The notes beneath the pieces were generated by a model, which saw only the letters and a list, made by a program, of their open reading frames with translations, was not told the origin of the DNA and did no database searches. Position numbers and translations under genes: made by a program. Shown here one piece after another: positions 1 through 9,273 of a stretch of DNA of 32,000 nt; position 1 is the stretch's first letter; each line of letters begins with the position of its first letter. Source of the DNA: Burkholderiaceae bacterium (GTDB taxonomy: Bacteria; Pseudomonadota; Gammaproteobacteria; Burkholderiales; Burkholderiaceae_C); NCBI GenBank assembly GCA_965234735.1, contig OZ248542.1; one strand, given 5' to 3'.

Positions 1-171
1 CATGAACATGGCCATGAACAAGCCGATGCGGCGAGCCATTTCTTGCTTGGCTTTGGGCAGCTTGCTGACCAAAATTGAGATGAAGATGATGTTGTCAATG
101 CCCAGCACCAACTCGAGAATGGTGAGGGTGGCCAAGGCGACCCACATATGAGGCTGTGTCAATAGTTCCAT
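1..171 (-). CDS. TerC-family integral membrane protein, N-terminal fragment (gene runs off the window)
   Basis: My own translation of the minus strand from ATG (169-171) gives MELLTQPHMWVALATLTILELVLGIDNIIFISILVSKLPKAKQEMARRIGLFMAMFM. LELVLGIDNIIFI is the TerC/YoaE signature. It is absent from the ORF track because it is open-ended. Confidence 0.75.
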   Translation of the reverse strand, partial: MELLTQPHMWVALATLTILELVLGIDNIIFISILVSKLPKAKQEMARRIGLFMAMFM

Positions 172-186
172 GGTGCTTCCAACAAT

Positions 187-882
187 CTATAAATGCAATG
201 AACGAATACGCCGCAACCGAGAATGTAACCAAATATGGCGGATGGCTTGGTAGAGCAGCCAAATGACCCAGCCTGCAAACACCACATCGCTTAAATAATG
301 GCCGCCTTGGGCGATGCGCATCCAGCCCAGGCCGCTGCCCGCGAAGACACCCAGCATGATCCACTGCTGGCGCTTGCGCCTCGGCGCCCACATACCCCAA
401 ACCATGAGGGCAAAGCCGCCTGCTGCATGCCCGCTGACGAAAGAGCAATTCAAATCACAGCCTTGTGCAAATTCGAACAGGGGTTTGCCGATTGAGGGAC
501 CACCAAAAGCTTGTGTTTGTTCGGGGCGGGCGCGACCCACATGGTCTTTCAAGGCCCAGTCCACCACCACACCGATGCCCAGCACCATCATCAAGGCCCA
601 GCTCATGCTTCGCCTGCGCCAACGCGCATTAACCCAATCAGGTTTGCGCCAAACCGCCACCAAGACGAGCAAACTGGCGACAAACAAAATTTGATTGAGC
701 AAAGGCGCCAGTTGATAGACCAGTGTCAGCCACTCGATGCGTTTGGCAGGAAACCCTGGCAAGGTGGGGTCGAAATAATGCTGACTGACTTGGTTGTCCA
801 ACTCAGGGCGCAGCGCAAAAAGCGCCATGCTGAGCAGCAAAGACATGACGACCCAGACCCAAGTTGGCTGGCGCGGTGTCAT
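187..882 (-). CDS. PAP2-family (type 2 phosphatidic acid phosphatase-like) membrane phosphatase
   Basis: ORF 187..903 carries the PAP2 motifs KDHVGRARP ... SFVSGHAAGGF ... RIAQGGHYLSDV. I prefer the ATG at 880-882, which forms an ATGA overlap with the stop (879-881) of the upstream PAP2 gene. Confidence 0.85.
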   Translation of the reverse strand: MTPRQPTWVWVVMSLLLSMALFALRPELDNQVSQHYFDPTLPGFPAKRIEWLTLVYQLAPLLNQILFVASLLVLVAVWRKPDWVNARWRRRSMSWALMMVLGIGVVVDWALKDHVGRARPEQTQAFGGPSIGKPLFEFAQGCDLNCSFVSGHAAGGFALMVWGMWAPRRKRQQWIMLGVFAGSGLGWMRIAQGGHYLSDVVFAGWVIWLLYQAIRHIWLHSRLRRIRSLHL

Positions 883-1685
883 GAGGCTTCGCGACGCAAA
901 CAAATCCAGCGGTTCATGGCACCGGCGATGCCCACAGTGGCTATCAAATCAAAAGCCAATCGTGCGGCCTCGGTGTCGGTTTTGGCCTTGAACAAGTACA
1001 GGACTAAACCCAATTCGACCAGCAGCAAGACCAATTGAAAGGGCTTTGTTTGCAACCGAGGCGACCAGGGTGATCGCTGCTCCCAAGTCACGGCCAGCAA
1101 GGCCACCATGATGCCCAGACCACTGCCAACCAAAATATCGGCAGGCCAATGGGCACCCACCACCACCCGTGACAACGCGATCAACACACCCAAGACCACC
1201 AGCGCCATCCACAACGGCCGCCGATGCTTGAAATGGCGCGTCATGTACATGGCCAATGCAATGGTGGCTGCAATCGTCATGGCGTGGCCAGAGGGCATGG
1301 CGTTGGACCCTGCGGCGGGTGTGCCAATGGGTTTGAGCAAACTGGGCTCCAATGCGCCCAAGGGGCGTGGCACACCAGCCCAGTTTTTCAGCAAAGGTGA
1401 CAGCAGTGAGCCAAGCAAGAAACTCTTCAACACCACCGCACTTGTCAGAGGCGCAAATTGCGCTGCCACGATCAACAGCAAAAAGGCCGCCCCCCCTTCA
1501 CCAAATTGGGTGAGGAAAGACCACAGGGCAGCAGGCCCTGTTTCGCTGGCGTGGACCAGCAACAACCAAGCTTGGTTCCAGGGAGAATTGAAAACAACCA
1601 AGCCCACCAGCACCAGCAACAAAGAAAGCATCCAAGCAGCTTTAGGGGTGCGCTGACTGGGCGCGGTGTCGGGTAGAAGATTCAT
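879..1685 (-). CDS. PAP2-family membrane phosphatase (second, tandem copy)
   Basis: ORF 879..1811 carries the motifs MPSGHAMTIA ... SRVVVGAHWPADILVG and multiple TM segments. The start is trimmed to the internal ATG (MNLLPDTAPS...) at 1683-1685, because the upstream part overlaps the promoter region of the divergent SET gene. Confidence 0.8.
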   Translation of the reverse strand: MNLLPDTAPSQRTPKAAWMLSLLLVLVGLVVFNSPWNQAWLLLVHASETGPAALWSFLTQFGEGGAAFLLLIVAAQFAPLTSAVVLKSFLLGSLLSPLLKNWAGVPRPLGALEPSLLKPIGTPAAGSNAMPSGHAMTIAATIALAMYMTRHFKHRRPLWMALVVLGVLIALSRVVVGAHWPADILVGSGLGIMVALLAVTWEQRSPWSPRLQTKPFQLVLLLVELGLVLYLFKAKTDTEAARLAFDLIATVGIAGAMNRWICLRREAS

Positions 1686-1785
1686 GCCTTGGATTCTAAG
1701 CAGGCTTGCACGGCGTCCCTTGGGGCATGGCGTGAGGAGAAGCGATTCGTTATAGTCCCACCCCCCCCCTGTCAGGAGATGCGGC

Positions 1786-2205
1786 ATGTTGAATACCAAA
1801 AAGAAAATCATCGACCACTTGGATAACGAGGTTTACTGCCGCCTGGGCGTGTCTCCCATCCATGGCATTGGCGTGTTTGCCTTGCGTGACATTCCCAAGG
1901 GCGTGAATCCGTTGAAGAGCTATGTTCGCTTCAAGGAAATCGATGTCGCCAAGCAAGACATCAAGCACCTGCCCAAAGGGGTGCGCGAGCAAATCGACAC
2001 CTTTTGCTATTACGACCGGAAAAAGGTCAGCATTCCGCGCTTGGGTCTGAACACATTTGACATGGCGATCTACCTCAACCATTCCAAGAAACCCAATTTG
2101 CGCTTCAAAAAAGCAGGCGTTTTGATCGCTTTGCGTGATGTCAAAAAAGGCGAAGAAATGTTCATCGACTACGACATCAGTTTCGGCGAGAAGCACAAGT
2201 TCTAA
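1786..2205 (+). CDS. SET-domain protein (putative protein-lysine methyltransferase)
   Basis: 139 aa with SET hallmarks: GIGVFALRDIPKG ... YLNHSKKPNL ... ALRDVKKGEEMFIDY. Confidence 0.85.
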   Translation: MLNTKKKIIDHLDNEVYCRLGVSPIHGIGVFALRDIPKGVNPLKSYVRFKEIDVAKQDIKHLPKGVREQIDTFCYYDRKKVSIPRLGLNTFDMAIYLNHSKKPNLRFKKAGVLIALRDVKKGEEMFIDYDISFGEKHKF

Positions 2206-2208
2206 AAC

Positions 2209-2237
2209 AAACAAGCCGCTGATCAAGCGGCTTGTTT
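2209..2237. terminator. Bidirectional intrinsic terminator between convergent genes
   Basis: Perfect 12-bp stem AAACAAGCCGCT / AGCGGCTTGTTT with a 5-nt loop GATCA. A/T runs on both sides allow use from either strand. Confidence 0.7.
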
Positions 2238-2261
2238 GATTGGGGCAGGGCTTGTGACTGC

Positions 2262-3173
2262 TTAGCCAGCCATCGCCAGTTCATCCTGCAGATGCTGCTG
2301 GTGTTGCTCTGGGTGGCGATAGATCTGGTTCAACTCGTGCGGTTTGAAGTCCACGATCAGCGGTGAAGTGGGGTCGGTGGCCAAGGGATGGTCAGCATCG
2401 ATCAGGGCCATGGCGTAGATGGGCTCGTAGTCGGTGACAAACAAAGCTTTGTAGCCATAGTCGTCCACGGGGCCCAAGTTGTAATAGCGCAAGCCGTTTT
2501 TGGCGGCCCAGCGGCAAGCTTGCAAACAAGCGTAAATGCCAGGTGATTTGTTCTTGAAATCACGGTTCCATTGGCAGAAGCTGCCGTATAGCTGGTTGTA
2601 CTGAGGCAAGATGATGGAGACATCGGTGAAGACCAGTTCGCCTTCATTCGAGTGCACTTGCAAGATAAGCACATCGAGGTGGCGTACGTAGTCGACAAAG
2701 CCTTCCACCTCGCGATCATCGATGTAGTAGTTGGCAAAGTGCTCGCCACCCATCTCGAACATGTCTTCCACCGTCAGGTCTTTGCCAGCCACCACTTTCT
2801 CGGTGTAGGTGAAGTGCTTGTATTGCTTGTCGAGTTCGCGGAATTTGCGTTCGCGTCGCGCTTCTTGCCAAAAGCTGTCGGCAAAGCAATCCACCAAACC
2901 ATATTTGTCGTTGATGGGCACGCCGTAGGGGCTGTCGGGGGGCAGGGCATAGACCACGAAGGGCCGGGGTGCAAAGTTCAGCATCTCGTCCGAGACGTTG
3001 ATGTAGGGGCACAGGGCGTCCCAGCGGGTGGTGTAGTAAAGAATGTCGTTGTGCTCGCTCTCTACCAAGAGGTTGTCTTCGGTCCAACTTTGGTATCCCA
3101 CTTCGTGCACCACCGGGCCGGGTGGCGCGGTGAAGGAATTCGAAGGTTTGAATTGATAGAGCGTGCCATTCAT
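2262..3173 (-). CDS. Conserved hypothetical protein, probable GNAT-fold acyltransferase of the CelD/BioF2/FemAB-like type
   Basis: 303-aa ORF. The C-terminal half has the pattern ...NKSPGIYACLQACRWAAKNGLRYYNLGPVDDYGYKALF, which I recall from CelD/BioF2-like acetyltransferases. Its start overlaps the stop of the upstream YkgJ-like gene by 4 nt. Confidence 0.5.
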   Translation of the reverse strand: MNGTLYQFKPSNSFTAPPGPVVHEVGYQSWTEDNLLVESEHNDILYYTTRWDALCPYINVSDEMLNFAPRPFVVYALPPDSPYGVPINDKYGLVDCFADSFWQEARRERKFRELDKQYKHFTYTEKVVAGKDLTVEDMFEMGGEHFANYYIDDREVEGFVDYVRHLDVLILQVHSNEGELVFTDVSIILPQYNQLYGSFCQWNRDFKNKSPGIYACLQACRWAAKNGLRYYNLGPVDDYGYKALFVTDYEPIYAMALIDADHPLATDPTSPLIVDFKPHELNQIYRHPEQHQQHLQDELAMAG

Positions 3174-3667
3174 GTTGTTGCCTTTTTATGCAAGCTTTTT
3201 TTGCTTGTTTTTTTATTATTGGAATTGGCAGTGCTGTGTATTTTCTTCAGGTCGAAGTACATCTTGTCTACTGCGTGGTTGTTTTTCAAAAACGCTGGAT
3301 CTTTTTTTTCCAGCTGCAATATAACTTGTTGTGCGCTGTGCAAATGCAAACTGGCGTCGCTGCCTGCATCTTGCAAACTGTCGATGTAAGGGTCCATCAA
3401 AGGACAGTCGGCATCAAAATAAAAACTTTTGTTTTTTGGGTTGTAGCTCAGTGGGTAGAGTTTGCATCCAAAGGGTTTGTCCTCGCCCATCGTGCAACCT
3501 TGTGGACCCAAGTGTGTGCATTGTTGTTCTATGCATACGCTGCCCAAGCGCTGCTGCTCCACAGCGGTCAAGGTGATTTCAAGAGGTGGGTACCCTTCCT
3601 CGATGTGGCAGCATCGTTGGCATTGGGCACAGTGGTCAAACAACACGCGTGGGCTCCTGTGAAACAA
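3170..3667 (-). CDS. YkgJ-family (UPF0153) cysteine-cluster protein
   Basis: N-terminal CAQCQRCCH plus downstream C..C..GC..C pattern (CIEQQCTHLGPQGCTMGEDKPFGCKLYP). Lys/Ser-rich C-terminal tail. Translationally coupled to 2262..3173. Confidence 0.65.
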   Translation of the reverse strand: MFHRSPRVLFDHCAQCQRCCHIEEGYPPLEITLTAVEQQRLGSVCIEQQCTHLGPQGCTMGEDKPFGCKLYPLSYNPKNKSFYFDADCPLMDPYIDSLQDAGSDASLHLHSAQQVILQLEKKDPAFLKNNHAVDKMYFDLKKIHSTANSNNKKTSKKSLHKKATT

Positions 3668-3770
3668 AGCCTGGGTGCTGCTTGCTGTTCAATAAAACTG
3701 TAGTGTTGGACATCAAGCTCAGCAATGGTTTAAATAATTATGAACGTATTTGACATATTGCGTCAAGAAA

Positions 3771-4931
3771 TCATTTTTTATTTTGAACCACGGCCACGTT
3801 CACCAAGTCACCTTGCATCACACCATCGGGTGGATTTTCAATCACGCGATCGGTGCTCTCAAGACCCGATAAAAGTTCGAGTCGAACACCATGGTCTTTG
3901 GCCACCACCACCGACTTGATGACAACCTTGTTATCTGCATTCACGGTGGCCACTTGCAGACCTGTTTTGCTGAAGATCAAAGCACTTGGTGGGATATTGA
4001 GATGCTTGGTTTGCGCAGGCATGTCAAAGCTGACCTGCGCATAACCGCCGGGCAACAACCTGCCCTGCTTGTTGTCGGCGGCGAGTTGCACCAACATGCT
4101 GCCCGAACCGGCTTGAATGGCCTGGGCCATCGACTGCACTTTGGCCGTGAACACTTGGCCAGGCATTTCTGGCACCGTGAAGCTCGCCTGACTGCCTGTT
4201 TGGATGGCGGTCACTTGGTTTTGTGGCACCTGAACGTACAAACGCAGTCGACGTACATCGGACACCACAAACAACTCGGTGCCGGGTGCGCCACCCACAT
4301 TCACCAAAGCACCGATATCGGTGTTGCGTGCCGTCACCACGCCATCAAAGGGTGCGGTGATGCGGCTGAAATTTTTCATGGCTTGCAAACGGTTCACATT
4401 GGCTTGCGAAGCGTTCACCATGGCTTGTTTGGCCCGCAAGTCGCCCATTTTTTCTTCCACCGCTTGGGCCGAAACAAAGTTGGTGGCTTGCAATGACTGC
4501 CAACGCTTGGCGGTGTTTTCGGACAATGCCGCATTGGCTTGGGTGATGGCCAACTCGGCTTTGGCTTGCAGGATTTGCTGGTCTACATCGGGGGTGTCGA
4601 TCTCGGCCAACAACTGACCCGCTTTCACGGAGGTGCCAATGTCCGCTTTCCAGGTTTTCAAGTAGCCGCTGATGCGAGCGTACAAAGGCGCTTTTGAATA
4701 GGCTTCGATGCGTCCGGGCAAGTCCATGCTGGGCGAGGCGGGCGACACGGCTGGGGTGATGATGTTGACAGTGCGCACGGATTGCTTGTCGGCCACCGCC
4801 TTGAGTTGCTGGTTGTCGGCGCTGCGGTCGAGCAAACCCTGAGCCAAAACGTAGGCGGCCACCAAGCCCAGGATGAGCAACACCGTCCATAGTTTGCTGC
4901 GCGAAAAAACGGGGGGACGGGGATCAAGCAT
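3771..4931 (-). CDS. Efflux RND transporter periplasmic adaptor (membrane fusion protein, HlyD-like)
   Basis: 386 aa with an N-terminal TM anchor, lipoyl/coiled-coil hairpin (GQLLAEIDTPDVDQQILQAKAELAITQAN...) and beta-barrel region typical of MFPs. It overlaps the RND stop by 8 nt. Confidence 0.9.
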   Translation of the reverse strand: MLDPRPPVFSRSKLWTVLLILGLVAAYVLAQGLLDRSADNQQLKAVADKQSVRTVNIITPAVSPASPSMDLPGRIEAYSKAPLYARISGYLKTWKADIGTSVKAGQLLAEIDTPDVDQQILQAKAELAITQANAALSENTAKRWQSLQATNFVSAQAVEEKMGDLRAKQAMVNASQANVNRLQAMKNFSRITAPFDGVVTARNTDIGALVNVGGAPGTELFVVSDVRRLRLYVQVPQNQVTAIQTGSQASFTVPEMPGQVFTAKVQSMAQAIQAGSGSMLVQLAADNKQGRLLPGGYAQVSFDMPAQTKHLNIPPSALIFSKTGLQVATVNADNKVVIKSVVVAKDHGVRLELLSGLESTDRVIENPPDGVMQGDLVNVAVVQNKK

Positions 4932-7900
4932 GAAGGACTCCGGGATTCAAAGAAGGGGTAGCCTTGCGACGGCCGTGCACCATGCTGAACAACAAGGGCA
5001 CCAAGACCAAAGTAGCCACAGTGGCAAACAACAGGCCGCCAATGACCGCGCGGCCCAAGGGCGCGTTTTGTTCGCCGCCTTCACCCAGGCCCAAGGCCAT
5101 GGGCACCATGCCCATCATCATCGCCAAAGCGGTCATGAGCACGGGGCGAAAACGCACAAAGCCTGCGTCCAGCGCTGCAGCCACTGCATCGCCGAGCTGG
5201 TCCAAGCGTTCACGCGCAAAGCTGATCACCAACACACTGTTGGCGGTGGCCACGCCCATGCACATGATGGCCCCGGTGAGTGCCGGTACCGAGAGCGTGG
5301 TGCGGGTGGCAAACAAGATCCACACAATACCGGCCAAGGCCGCGGGCAAGGCGCTGATGATCACCAGTGGGTCACGCCAGGATTGGAAATTGACGACGAT
5401 CACAAAGTAAATCAAGACCACCGCGCCCAACAAACCCCACAGCAATCCCGAGAAGGCTTTTTCCATGGTGCGCACCTGGCCCAGCATGACCACTTTGCTG
5501 CCCTTGGGTTGCTGCGCTTGCGTTTCATGGATGACGCGCTGAATGGCTTTGGAGACGGTGCCCAAATCCAGGCCTTGGGTGGCGGCATGAATTTGCACCA
5601 TGGGCTGGATGTCGTACTGACTGACCAAGGCGCTTTTCGCCGTGCGGTTGAAACTCGCCACACTGCCCAAGACTTGCTGAGAATTGGCGTTGGCCGGACT
5701 GATTGGGACGTTGGCCAAATCATTCAAAGAATCAATGTTGTATTGCGGGGTTTGTATCACCACGGGGTAAGACACACCATTGGCAGGATTGAGCCAAAAA
5801 GTGGGTGCGACCTGGCTGCTGCCCGCCAAATTCACCACCATGTTGTTGGTGACATCTCGCGCGGTGATGCCCATGTTTTGTGCTTGCGTGCGGTCTAGAT
5901 TCACCTCAAACACGGGGCTTCTGGCCGATTGTTGAATGCGAGCGTCGGCCACGCCCGGGATGCGGCGGATTTCTTTCAACAACAGATTGGCGTAGTCAAA
6001 GTTGGCGGCCAAGTCGTTGCCGCGAATTTGAATGTCAATCGGTGCTGGCGCACCAAAGTTCAAGATCTGGCTGACGATGTCGGCAGGCGGAAAAGAGAAC
6101 ACCGTGTCAGGGAAGGCCACGGGCAGTTGCTCGCGCAGCGCTTTGACGTAGTCCGCCGTGGGCGCGTGGTTGGGGCTCAGTGCGATTTGAATGTCGCCAT
6201 CTTGCGAACCCACCACACCGGTGTTGTTGTAGATCAGATTGATATAGCTGGGCGGCAAACCGATGTTGTCCACCATGGTGGTGATGTCGTGGGCCGGAAT
6301 CACTTGCCGAATGTGCGCTTGAATGTTGGCAAAGCGGGCGGCGGTTTCTTCCACCCGGGTGCCCACCGGCACCCGCGCATGGATCAAGATTTGACCGCCG
6401 TCCACATCGGGAAAGAAGTTGCTGCCCAAAAAAGGCAGCAAGCCAAACGAGCCCAGCACCACGGCTGCAAAGCCCACAGACACTTTGCCACGGTGCTGCA
6501 GTGCCGCTTGCAACACGTTTTTATAGCCAGCGCGAACGGCTTCAAAACGGGCTTCAAAGCCGCGCTGAAACGCCATGATCGGGTTGCGGGTGCGGGGCTG
6601 TGTGCTGTTCAAGCCATGCATGTCGGTGTGGGGTGCATGTGGCTTCAACAAAAACAGCGCCATGGTCGGCACCAAGGTGCGTGACAAAAAGAAGGACCAG
6701 ACCATGGCCAACATCACCGCGATGGCCATGGGCACAAACAAAAAGCGCGACACGCCCTCGAGGAAAAACATGGGCACAAACACAATGCAAATACACAGCA
6801 AGGACACAAAAGCGGGGGTGACGATTTGCGCCGCGCCATCCATGATGGCTTGCTCCACGCCTTTGCCTTGCTCTAAGTGCCAGTTGATGTTTTCGATGGT
6901 GACCGTGGCGTCATCGACCAAGATGCCCACGGCCAGCGCCAAGCCGCCCAAGGTCATGATGTTCAAGGTCTCACCCAAGGCATACAGGCCCACGATGGCG
7001 CCCATGATGGACAGTGGAATCGACACGGCAATGATCAGCGTCGAGCGCCAACTGCCCAGGAACAGAAAAATCATCAAGCTGGTGAGCGCCGCCGCGATCA
7101 CACCTTCCAAGGCCACGCCTTTGATGGCTGCACGCACAAACACCGATTGGTCGTTGATCGGCTGAATCGTCAAATTGGGCGGCAAGGACGCTTTGATGTC
7201 TTGCAATTTTTCGCGCACACCATCGACGATGGCCAAGGTCGAGGTGCTGCCGTTTTTCAACACCGACATCAACACCGAACGGTTGCCGTCCACATGCACC
7301 ACATTGGTTTGCGGGGCATTGCCATCGTGCACATGGGCCACATCGCGGATGTAGACCATGGCCCCATTCACCGACTTGATCGGCAGGTTGTCCAAGTCTT
7401 TCAAATCGGTGGCGGCGTTGTTCAGGCTGATGGTGTATTCGTAGCTGCCCATTTTTTGGGTGCCCACCGGGATGATGATGTTTTGCGCGGCCAAGGCATT
7501 GGTCACGTCTTGCGTGGACAAGCCTCGCGCTTGCAAGGCACTCGGGTTCAAATCCAGTTGCACCAAACGCGATTTGCCACCATAGGGAAACGGCACGGCC
7601 GCACCCGGCACGGTCACCAAGGGGCTGCGCACTTGTGTGAGCGCCAGGTCGGCCAGATTTTGCTCGGTCAGGCCCTTGCCCGCCAAGGCCAGTTGCAATA
7701 TCGGGACGGTGGAAGCGTTGTAGTTGATGATGATGGGCGGCTGGGTGCCCGGCGGCATTTGGCGCACCATGAACTGCGATACCGAGGTGACCTGCGCATT
7801 GGCCACCGCGATGTTCACGCCGGGCTGGAAAAAGATTTTGACAATGCCCACGCCGTTGTACGAGTTGGCCTCGATGTGTTCGATGTCGTTCACCGTGGTG

Positions 7901-8121
7901 GTGAGGACGCGTTGAAACGAGGTGGTGATGCGACCAGCCATTTGATCGGGCGGCAAGCCGGTGTAAGACCAGGCCACAGCAATCACCGGAATGCGAATTT
8001 CAGGAAAGATGTCGGTGGGGGTTTTGAAAGCCGCCAGCGGCCCCAAGATGAGTAGCAACAAGGCCATGACCACAAAGGTGTAGGGTCGTTTCAGGGCCAC
8101 GCCCACCACGTTAGTCAACAT
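4924..8121 (-). CDS. Efflux RND transporter permease (AcrB/AcrD/AcrF superfamily)
   Basis: 1065 aa with 12-TM/two large loop architecture. N-terminus ALKRPYTFVVMALLLLILGPLAAFKTPTDIFPEI. Internal GGLALAVGILVDDATVTIENI motif. Confidence 0.95.
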   Translation of the reverse strand: MLTNVVGVALKRPYTFVVMALLLLILGPLAAFKTPTDIFPEIRIPVIAVAWSYTGLPPDQMAGRITTSFQRVLTTTVNDIEHIEANSYNGVGIVKIFFQPGVNIAVANAQVTSVSQFMVRQMPPGTQPPIIINYNASTVPILQLALAGKGLTEQNLADLALTQVRSPLVTVPGAAVPFPYGGKSRLVQLDLNPSALQARGLSTQDVTNALAAQNIIIPVGTQKMGSYEYTISLNNAATDLKDLDNLPIKSVNGAMVYIRDVAHVHDGNAPQTNVVHVDGNRSVLMSVLKNGSTSTLAIVDGVREKLQDIKASLPPNLTIQPINDQSVFVRAAIKGVALEGVIAAALTSLMIFLFLGSWRSTLIIAVSIPLSIMGAIVGLYALGETLNIMTLGGLALAVGILVDDATVTIENINWHLEQGKGVEQAIMDGAAQIVTPAFVSLLCICIVFVPMFFLEGVSRFLFVPMAIAVMLAMVWSFFLSRTLVPTMALFLLKPHAPHTDMHGLNSTQPRTRNPIMAFQRGFEARFEAVRAGYKNVLQAALQHRGKVSVGFAAVVLGSFGLLPFLGSNFFPDVDGGQILIHARVPVGTRVEETAARFANIQAHIRQVIPAHDITTMVDNIGLPPSYINLIYNNTGVVGSQDGDIQIALSPNHAPTADYVKALREQLPVAFPDTVFSFPPADIVSQILNFGAPAPIDIQIRGNDLAANFDYANLLLKEIRRIPGVADARIQQSARSPVFEVNLDRTQAQNMGITARDVTNNMVVNLAGSSQVAPTFWLNPANGVSYPVVIQTPQYNIDSLNDLANVPISPANANSQQVLGSVASFNRTAKSALVSQYDIQPMVQIHAATQGLDLGTVSKAIQRVIHETQAQQPKGSKVVMLGQVRTMEKAFSGLLWGLLGAVVLIYFVIVVNFQSWRDPLVIISALPAALAGIVWILFATRTTLSVPALTGAIMCMGVATANSVLVISFARERLDQLGDAVAAALDAGFVRFRPVLMTALAMMMGMVPMALGLGEGGEQNAPLGRAVIGGLLFATVATLVLVPLLFSMVHGRRKATPSLNPGVLHA

Positions 8122-8203
8122 CAGACGCCTTTGTACTTTTATTCACACGACAACAAAAACAAACACGCTTTCATCCAAAGCGTGCAGGGCATTATCGGTA
8201 TTT

Positions 8204-9184
8204 TCAAACGGCCTGCGCGGTTCTGTTTTTCAGCACTTGGGCATCGGCACTCGGGGTCACGTCACCGGCCACCATCAAGTGCAAATCCAAGTGCCGCTCC
8301 GAGGCAGGCAACAAAAGGGCATACAGGCTTTTGAACAGCGCACGTGCTTTCGAGCCCAACCAACGCGCGGGCAACAAACTCGGTGGCAGCATCGGGTCGC
8401 GCAACAGCAAACGTCGAAAGTCATGCACCAACAAGACCCGCAACCAAAACGCTTGTTCATCGGTGCAGGCCTTGGTCTTGTGTTTTTTGCACCAGCGCTC
8501 AATGCCTTCGTAGGTGCCAACGAAGTGGCCGTAGTTGCGGTCGAGCTCGTTCAAATACCAAGCGGTTTTCACCACCTTGGCGGGTGCGTCCAACACACTG
8601 CCGGTGGGCGGCTTGCCAACCAGGGTGATCAAGCGGCCTTCCCACGCACCCAAACCGCCGATGCGCAAGTTGGTCATGACGCTGCTCAAGTCAGCGCTGG
8701 GGTGGATGAAGCATTGGTGGTTGATTTGCCCAAAGCCTTGCCAATAAAGGGCACGACGTAAAGGCTCCAGCGCCGTGGGGCTGTGGTTGCCCGTGACGAT
8801 GATGCTGCGCCACTGCTTGTCCCAAGCTGCTGGTTGCGCGGCGTAAATGTGGCGCGAGGCTTCTTCCACCCGGCTGCGCCCGGTGCGGCTGAGCGCGTAG
8901 TTGCTGCGGTTGCCCACCGCTTTGGCTTGCAGCCAATCTTCTTGCACCAGCCGAAAGCAAGCCGTGCGGATCAGCCGCTCGTTCACTTGCAGCGGTGCCA
9001 ACAGCTGGATCAGGCTGCCCATGGCCGCCACGCCGCCGCGCGGGTACAGGGCGTCGCCAAACACTGACACGATGAGCGGACCGGCTTGCTGGCGCGGCTG
9101 ATCTTGCCAGCTGCGCAGGCGTTTGGGGATGGGGTTGGAAAGGCCTGGTTTTGAGGGGTTGGTCATATGGGTATTGGGTTTCAA
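8204..9184 (-). CDS. paaX: PaaX-family transcriptional repressor of phenylacetate catabolism
   Basis: LIVSVFGDALYPRGG ... RTACFRLVQEDWL ... IYAAQPAAWDKQW ... LLVHDFRRLLLRDPMLPPSLLP follows the E. coli PaaX pattern. It is divergent from paaA. The start could instead be the Met 6 codons downstream. Confidence 0.85.
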   Translation of the reverse strand: MKPNTHMTNPSKPGLSNPIPKRLRSWQDQPRQQAGPLIVSVFGDALYPRGGVAAMGSLIQLLAPLQVNERLIRTACFRLVQEDWLQAKAVGNRSNYALSRTGRSRVEEASRHIYAAQPAAWDKQWRSIIVTGNHSPTALEPLRRALYWQGFGQINHQCFIHPSADLSSVMTNLRIGGLGAWEGRLITLVGKPPTGSVLDAPAKVVKTAWYLNELDRNYGHFVGTYEGIERWCKKHKTKACTDEQAFWLRVLLVHDFRRLLLRDPMLPPSLLPARWLGSKARALFKSLYALLLPASERHLDLHLMVAGDVTPSADAQVLKNRTAQAV

Positions 9185-9193
9185 ACGTTTTTA

Positions 9194-9232
9194 TGATACA
9201 GAAAAACAGATTTTCGCTGAAATTATGTATCA
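9194..9232. promoter_or_regulatory. Candidate PaaX operator: inverted half-sites TGATACA-N25-TGTATCA in the paaX/paaA intergenic region
   Basis: TGATACA at 9194-9200 and its reverse complement TGTATCA at 9226-9232. From memory, reported PaaX sites are GATACA/TGTATC half-sites about 26 bp apart. Confidence 0.45.
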
Positions 9233-9273
9233 CCGTGCTAATCTGCGCCTTCTTCTAGTGGAGCCCAGCCGCC

